Source: Methylorubrum extorquens
GTDB taxonomy: Bacteria > Pseudomonadota > Alphaproteobacteria > Rhizobiales > Beijerinckiaceae
Assembly (NCBI GenBank): GCA_900234795.1
Contig: LT962688.1
Coordinates: 2,880,001 to 2,912,000, forward strand
Direction of reading: 5' to 3'
Length of the DNA: 32,000 nt
Part shown: in pieces, positions 27,020-32,000 of the stretch
Numbering within the stretch: position 1 is the first letter of the stretch
Layout: the number at the start of each line of letters is the position of its first letter
Program-made: the position numbers and the translations under genes
Notes under the pieces: generated by a model
Seen by the model: only the letters and a program-made list of their open reading frames with translations
Database searches by the model: none
Told to the model about the DNA's origin: nothing

Positions 27020-27957
27020 ACAATCCAGCCATTCGGACCGGCCTGGTCATCCTCGCGGCGGTCGCCGCGATCGGCCTCTACGCCTCCGTTTTCACCGTAG
27101 GGCAGATGCAGCAGGCGCTCGTGCTTCAGCTCGGCCGTGTGCGCGACGTGCTGAACCCCGTGGGCCAGAACAAGCCCGGCCTCTACTTCAAGGTGCCGTT
27201 CACCGACAGCGTCGTGCTGTTCGACAAGCGGGTGCTGGACCTCGACCTTCCGGTTCAGACCCTGCTCACCGCCGACCGGCAAAACCTCGAAGTGGATGCC
27301 TTCGCCCGCTATCGGATCATCGATCCGCTTAAGTTCTACCAGGCGGCGGGGACGATCGCCCTGGCCAACCAGCGTCTGGCGAGCTTCACCAACTCGGCCC
27401 TCCGCAACGTTCTGGCACGCACCAGCCGCGACGCCATCGTGCGGACCGAGCGTGCCGACCTGATGAACACGATTCAGGAGGACGTGAACAAGCAGGCCAA
27501 GAGTCTGGGCATCGAGATCGTCGATCTGCGCATGACCCGTGTCGACCTTCCCGCCAAGAACAGCCAAGCGGTCTATGACCGCATGACGTCGGAGCGGAAG
27601 AAGGAGGCGACCGACATTCGTGCCAACGGCGATCAGGCGGCGACGCTGATCCGCGCCAAGGCCGACCGCGACGTCGTCGTGATCCTGGCCGAGGCCAATC
27701 AGAAGCAGGAAGAGCTGCGCGGTGAGGGCGACGCGGAGCGAAACCGCATCCTTGCCGAGGCGTTCAGCCAGGATGCCAACTTCTTCGCCTTCTATCGCTC
27801 GATGCAGGCTTACGAGCAGGCGCTGAAGGGGCAGGACACCCGGCTCGTGGTGAGTCCGAACTCGGACTTCTTCCGCTTCTTCAACGATCCGCAGGGACGC
27901 CGTCCGCAGGGTGCCCGCAACGACGCCGAGCCGACGGCTTCGGGCTCCGCGCGCTGA
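27016..27957 (+). CDS. hflC: FtsH protease modulator HflC
   Basis: 313 aa with an N-terminal TM segment and an SPFH domain (YFKVPFTDSVVLFDKRV, RYRIIDPLKFY). It is translationally coupled to hflK. Confidence 0.9.
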   Translation: MNNPAIRTGLVILAAVAAIGLYASVFTVGQMQQALVLQLGRVRDVLNPVGQNKPGLYFKVPFTDSVVLFDKRVLDLDLPVQTLLTADRQNLEVDAFARYRIIDPLKFYQAAGTIALANQRLASFTNSALRNVLARTSRDAIVRTERADLMNTIQEDVNKQAKSLGIEIVDLRMTRVDLPAKNSQAVYDRMTSERKKEATDIRANGDQAATLIRAKADRDVVVILAEANQKQEELRGEGDAERNRILAEAFSQDANFFAFYRSMQAYEQALKGQDTRLVVSPNSDFFRFFNDPQGRRPQGARNDAEPTASGSAR

Positions 27958-27982
27958 GCGATCTGCGACCGATACGACCATC

Positions 27983-28015
27983 GCGGCCGGCACCCTTGAT
28001 CGGGGTGCCGGCCGC
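27983..28015 (+). terminator. Strong hairpin after hflC
   Basis: A perfect 13-bp stem, GCGGCCGGCACCC-TTGATCG-GGGTGCCGGCCGC, begins 26 nt after the hflC stop. It is followed by TGAATCTATAAG, only a weak U-tract. Confidence 0.45.
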
Positions 28016-28068
28016 TGAATCTATAAGTCGGCCTGAAACAGGCACTCTTTGAGCTTGAGGAACCGTCC

Positions 28069-29604
28069 ATGAGACTCGCCGCGAACGCCGTCCGGGGTCG
28101 AACGCCGTCGTTCGCCCGGCGCGCCTCATCGGCCCTGGCCGCTGCGGTGCTGGGCGTCACCGTCACGGTCACCGCACTGCCGCTCCCCGCCTTCGCCCGT
28201 GGCCCGGAATCGCTCGCCGATCTCGCCGACAAGGTGACCGATGCGGTGGTGAACATCTCGGCCTCGACCACGGTCGAAGCCAGCAACCGCGGCGGCCGGA
28301 CCATGCCGCAACTGCCGCAGGGCACCCCGTTCGAGGATCTCTTCGAGGAGTTCTTCAAGCGGCGCGGCCAGGGCGCGCCGAAGGGTGACGACGAAAGCCC
28401 GCGCGGACCGACGCGCAAGTCGAACTCGCTCGGCTCCGGCTTCATCATCGACGCCTCGGGCATCGTGGTGACGAACAACCACGTCATCGGCGACGCCAAC
28501 GACATTCAGGTCATCCTGAGCGACGGCACCAAGCTGAAGGCGGAGATCATCGGCAAGGATTCGAAGATCGACCTCGCCCTGCTTCGGGTGAAGCCGACCG
28601 CCGAGCGCCCCCTCAAGGCCGTGCCCTTCGGCGATTCCGACAAGATGCGCCCGGGCGACTGGGTGATGGCGATCGGCAACCCGTTCGGCCTCGGCGGCTC
28701 GGTCTCCGCCGGCATCGTCTCGGCGCGGGGCCGCAACATCGAGTCCGGACCCTACGACAACTACATCCAGACCGACGCGGCCATCAACAAGGGCAATTCC
28801 GGCGGTCCGCTGTTCAACATGGACGGCGAGGTGATCGGTATCAACACCGCGATCCTTTCGCCTTCGGGCGGTTCGGTGGGCATCGGCTTCGCGGTGCCGT
28901 CGGCAACCGCCGGTCAGGTCGTCGATCAGCTCCGCCAGTTCGGCGAGGTCCGCCGCGGCTGGATCGGCGTGCGCATCCAGAACGTCGATGAGGCCACCGC
29001 CGAGGCGCTCGGCCTGAAGGGCGGCGCCAAGGGTGCGCTGGTGGCCGGCGTCGATGAGAAGGGCCCGGCCAAGACCGCGGGGCTCGAGGTCGGCGACGTC
29101 ATCGTCAAGTTCAATGGTGTGCCGGTGAAATCCTCCAGCGAGTTGCCGCGCATCGTGGCCGCGACCCCGGTGGGCAAGTCCGTGGACGTCCAGGTCGTAC
29201 GCAAGGGCGAGGAGCAGACGAAATCCGTCGTGCTCGGTCGCCTTGAGGACGGCGAGAAGACTCAGGTCGCCAACCTGAAGCAGCCGGAGGCGGAATCGGT
29301 CAATCGCCAGGTCCTCGGCCTCAACCTCTCCGGCCTCAACGACGAGGTGCGGCGCCGCTACGGCATCAAGGAAAGCGTCAAGACCGGCGTGGTCGTCACC
29401 AAGGTCGATCCCAACTCGACCGCCGCCGACAAGCGCATCCAGCCGGGCGAGGTCATCGTCGAGGTCGGCCAGGAGGCGATCTCGAACCCGGCCGACGTGA
29501 CGAAGCGCGTCGAGGCGCTCAAGAAGGAGGGCCGCAAGTCGGTCCTGCTGCTGGTGGCCAGCGCGAGCGGCGACGTGCGCTTCGTGGCGATCGGGTTGGA
29601 GTAA
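28069..29604 (+). CDS. DegP/DegQ (HtrA, Do-family) periplasmic serine protease
   Basis: 511 aa. It has a signal peptide (AAAVLGVTVTVTALPLPAFA), the catalytic triad context VVTNNHVI / DLALLRV / GNSGGPLF, and two PDZ domains. Confidence 0.9.
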   Translation: MRLAANAVRGRTPSFARRASSALAAAVLGVTVTVTALPLPAFARGPESLADLADKVTDAVVNISASTTVEASNRGGRTMPQLPQGTPFEDLFEEFFKRRGQGAPKGDDESPRGPTRKSNSLGSGFIIDASGIVVTNNHVIGDANDIQVILSDGTKLKAEIIGKDSKIDLALLRVKPTAERPLKAVPFGDSDKMRPGDWVMAIGNPFGLGGSVSAGIVSARGRNIESGPYDNYIQTDAAINKGNSGGPLFNMDGEVIGINTAILSPSGGSVGIGFAVPSATAGQVVDQLRQFGEVRRGWIGVRIQNVDEATAEALGLKGGAKGALVAGVDEKGPAKTAGLEVGDVIVKFNGVPVKSSSELPRIVAATPVGKSVDVQVVRKGEEQTKSVVLGRLEDGEKTQVANLKQPEAESVNRQVLGLNLSGLNDEVRRRYGIKESVKTGVVVTKVDPNSTAADKRIQPGEVIVEVGQEAISNPADVTKRVEALKKEGRKSVLLLVASASGDVRFVAIGLE

Positions 29605-29679
29605 GCGGCGACCCGATCGACGGTGTTGCCGTCCCCTGTTCCCGAACCGGGGGAGAGGGGATGGCACGCAGTCGGTTTG

Positions 29680-29699
29680 CGGCCCGAAACTTCGGGCCG
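29680..29699. terminator. Hairpin between convergent degP and serB genes
   Basis: CGGCCCGAA-AC-TTCGGGCCG. A second imperfect hairpin, TCCCCT...AGGGGA, lies at about 29627..29661. Neither has a clear U-tract. Confidence 0.25.
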
Positions 29700-29712
29700 T
29701 GGCCGGAAAAGA

Positions 29713-30609
29713 CTAAGCGACGAACTCCGCCGCCGAGAAACCCTGCAGGTAGAGCAGCGCGGTCAGGTCGCCGTGTTCGATTCGCACCTGCGCCGCCTGC
29801 GCCACCTTCGGTTTGGCGCGGAAGGCGACACCGAGCCCGGCCTCACCGAGCATCGGCAGGTCGTTCGCCCCGTCACCGACAGCAATCGTCTCCGCAGGGC
29901 TCAGGCCCAGCCGCTCGCGCAACTCGATGAGGCTCGCACGCTTGGCCTCCGCGCCGACGATCGGCTCGATCACCCGTCCCGTCAGGTGTCCGTCCGCTAC
30001 ATCGAGGCGGTTGGCGCGGGTTTCATCGAAACCGAGACAGGTGCCGATGGGGCCGGTGAACAGGGTAAAGCCGCCCGAGACGAGGCAGGTAAAGGCGCCG
30101 TGCGCCCGCATCGTGGCAACGAGGGTGCCGCCGCCCGGCGTGAGGCGGATGGCGTCGCGGATCAGACCATCGGTCACGCCGACGGAGAGGCCTTTCAGCA
30201 GTCCCACCCGCTCGCGCAGGGCCGGCTCGAAGGCGACCTCGCCGCGCATGGCCCGCTCGGTGATCGCCGCCACCTGATCCTTGATGCCGACGACATCGGC
30301 GAGTTCGTCGATGCATTCCTGCTCGATCATGGTCGAATCCATGTCGGCGAGAAACAGCCGCTTGCGGCGGTGCTGATCGTGGGGGAGCACGGCCACGTCG
30401 ATCGGCTCGGACCCGAACGCTGCGCGCAGGGCCTCCGTAAGCGCAGGCGCTTCGTCGGGCGCGCCCGGCACCAGAAGCTCGGCCGCGACCTCACCGTGGA
30501 GCGTTCGCGGTTGATGCTCTGTCCGCGCCACGCGGCGCGCCTCGGCGAGCACTGCATCGGTGATGGCGGGCCGAGCCGGGTTTGCTATCAGCGTCGCGAC
30601 GAGGGTCAT
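29713..30609 (-). CDS. serB: Phosphoserine phosphatase
   Basis: 298 aa. HAD motif I is FLADMDSTMIEQECIDELA; SGGF and GDGANDLPML (motif III) are also present. An N-terminal ACT-like domain precedes them. Confidence 0.85.
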   Translation of the reverse strand: MTLVATLIANPARPAITDAVLAEARRVARTEHQPRTLHGEVAAELLVPGAPDEAPALTEALRAAFGSEPIDVAVLPHDQHRRKRLFLADMDSTMIEQECIDELADVVGIKDQVAAITERAMRGEVAFEPALRERVGLLKGLSVGVTDGLIRDAIRLTPGGGTLVATMRAHGAFTCLVSGGFTLFTGPIGTCLGFDETRANRLDVADGHLTGRVIEPIVGAEAKRASLIELRERLGLSPAETIAVGDGANDLPMLGEAGLGVAFRAKPKVAQAAQVRIEHGDLTALLYLQGFSAAEFVA

Positions 30610-30620
30610 GGAGATGTGCC

Positions 30621-31574
30621 GTGCGGAGTCCGGACGGGCAGGAAACAGGGCGCCCGGCCGCCATCCTCATTGCAGGGCCCACCGCCTCGGGCAAGTCGGC
30701 GCTGGGGTTACGAATCGCGCGCGCCTTCGGCGGTACGGTGATCAATACCGATTCGATGCAGGTCTACGCCGACCTTCGCGTGCTCTCGGCGCGGCCCACC
30801 GCCGAGGAGGAAGAGCTGGCCCCCCATCGCCTTTACGGCAGCATCGACGGGGCGGTGAACTTCTCCGTCGGGCACTTCCAACGGCAGGCGGCCGCGCTCC
30901 TTTCGGAGATGGATGCGGGAACCCCGCCGGTCTTCGTCGGCGGCACCGGCCTCTATTTCCGTAGCCTCGACGAGGGCATCTCGGATCTGCCGGAGGTGCC
31001 CGACGCCATCCGGCAGCAGATCCGAGCGGAGGCGGACGGACAGCCGACCGAAACGCTTCACGCCGCGCTCGCTTTGCGTGATCCCGAGAGCGCCGAGCGG
31101 CTGCGGCCCTCGGACCGGATGCGCGTGATGCGAGCGCTCGAGATTCACGCGGCGACCGGCCGCTCCATCGGCTCGTTTCACGAGGCGCGTGTGCCGGGAC
31201 CGCTCGCCGGAAAGCCGCTGCTGAAGCTCTTCCTCGCCACCGAGCGCGAGGCCCTGCGCCAGCGCATCGACGCGCGCTTCGTGACGATGATGGAGCAAGG
31301 CGCGCTGGACGAGGTCGCCGCGCTCCGCGAGCGACGTCTCGATCCGCTGCTACCGGTGATGCGCGCCCACGGCGTGCCGGGGTTGATCGCCTATCTCGAC
31401 GGGACGATCTCCCGCGAGGAAGCGATCCAGCGCGGCCAGGGCGACACCCGCCGCTACGCCAAGCGCCAGTTCACGTGGTTCCGCCACCAGATGGGCGAGG
31501 ATTGGCACTGGACCACGCCGGAAGCAGCGTGGTCCCTGGTCGAGGCCCGGCTTAGCGCTCCAGCCGGGCGATGA
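30621..31574 (+). CDS. miaA: tRNA dimethylallyltransferase
   Basis: The ORF is open from 30582. The in-frame GTG at 30621 places the P-loop AILIAGPTASGKSALG at the usual distance from the N-terminus and avoids overlap with serB. DSMQVY and the RRYAKRQFTWFR motifs are present. Confidence 0.85.
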   Translation: MRSPDGQETGRPAAILIAGPTASGKSALGLRIARAFGGTVINTDSMQVYADLRVLSARPTAEEEELAPHRLYGSIDGAVNFSVGHFQRQAAALLSEMDAGTPPVFVGGTGLYFRSLDEGISDLPEVPDAIRQQIRAEADGQPTETLHAALALRDPESAERLRPSDRMRVMRALEIHAATGRSIGSFHEARVPGPLAGKPLLKLFLATEREALRQRIDARFVTMMEQGALDEVAALRERRLDPLLPVMRAHGVPGLIAYLDGTISREEAIQRGQGDTRRYAKRQFTWFRHQMGEDWHWTTPEAAWSLVEARLSAPAGR

Positions 31575-32000
31575 GGGACGAGGTGTCCCAGCGCTTGCCG
31601 CCCATGGCCTCCACCTCGGCGTAGAACTGATCGACCAGCGCCGTCACCGGCAGCCGGGCGCCGTTGCGGCGCGACTCGGCGAGCAGGATGCCGAGATCCT
31701 TGCGCATCCACTCGACCGCAAAGCCGAAGTCGAATTTGTCCGCGTTCATGGTCCGGCCGCGATTCTCCATCTGCCAGGAGCCGGCCGCGCCCTTAGAGAT
31801 CACGTCGAGCACGGCCTCAATGTCGAGGCCGGCGCGCTTGCCGAAGTGGATCGCCTCCGAGAGGCCCTGCACCGCCCCGGCAATGGCGATCTGGTTGACC
31901 ATCTTGGTGAGCTGGCCCGATCCGGAAGGCCCGAGCAGACGACAGGACTTGGCGTAGGCCATGATGACCGGCTCGGCCTCGGCGTAGGTCGCCTCCTCGC
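31552..32000 (-). CDS. NAD(P)-dependent oxidoreductase of the 3-hydroxyisobutyrate/6-phosphogluconate dehydrogenase family (N-terminus beyond the window end)
   Basis: The C-terminal all-helical domain reads GSGQLTKMVNQIAIAG...AVEWMRKDLGIL. The frame stays open upstream of the listed Met at 31962 (..EEATYAEAEPVIMAYAK..), so the gene continues past position 32000. Confidence 0.8.
   Translation of the reverse strand, partial: EEATYAEAEPVIMAYAKSCRLLGPSGSGQLTKMVNQIAIAGAVQGLSEAIHFGKRAGLDIEAVLDVISKGAAGSWQMENRGRTMNADKFDFGFAVEWMRKDLGILLAESRRNGARLPVTALVDQFYAEVEAMGGKRWDTSSLIARLER

Noticed and set aside
25268-29667. Minus-strand ORFs 25268..26749, 26917..27993 and 28126..29667
   Set aside because: They are shadows of hflK, hflC and degP. 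Likewise, 19659..20717 +, 21095..22135 -, 23130..24143 -, 24159..25049 -, 14755..16125 + and 29623..30741 + are shadows of fumC, the P450, the CPBP protease, thyA, phzF/pdxY and serB.

Overview
This is a high-GC (roughly 70%) chromosomal segment that looks alphaproteobacterial (Rhizobiales/Methylobacterium-like). That placement is an inference from the two-piece tmRNA, the gene content and the repeat family. Most of the window is housekeeping: ilvD, leuA, pdxY, fumC, sspB, thyA-folA, hflKC-degP, serB, miaA. I saw no transposase, integrase, CRISPR array or recognisable phage-defence genes. Long antisense shadow ORFs, typical of high-GC DNA, account for most of the remaining entries in the ORF track. 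Three things stand out. (1) At the left edge, five minus-strand genes run in the same direction: inositol-3-phosphate synthase, an HD-like protein, a SAM methyltransferase, a Gfo/Idh/MocA oxidoreductase and a YcaO-domain protein. The YcaO gene is missing from the ORF track because it runs off the window. I cannot match this string to a known pathway, and it is the best candidate for an undescribed system. (2) A circularly permuted two-piece tmRNA gene (tag ANDNFAPVAVAA) lies in the 'empty' 22.9-23.3 kb gap, directly upstream of sspB, which encodes the adaptor for SsrA-tagged proteins. (3) A nested-palindrome intergenic repeat occurs three times. One copy has diverged, but its changes are compensatory, so the pairing is preserved. 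All product calls come from motif recognition by eye; no database search was possible.
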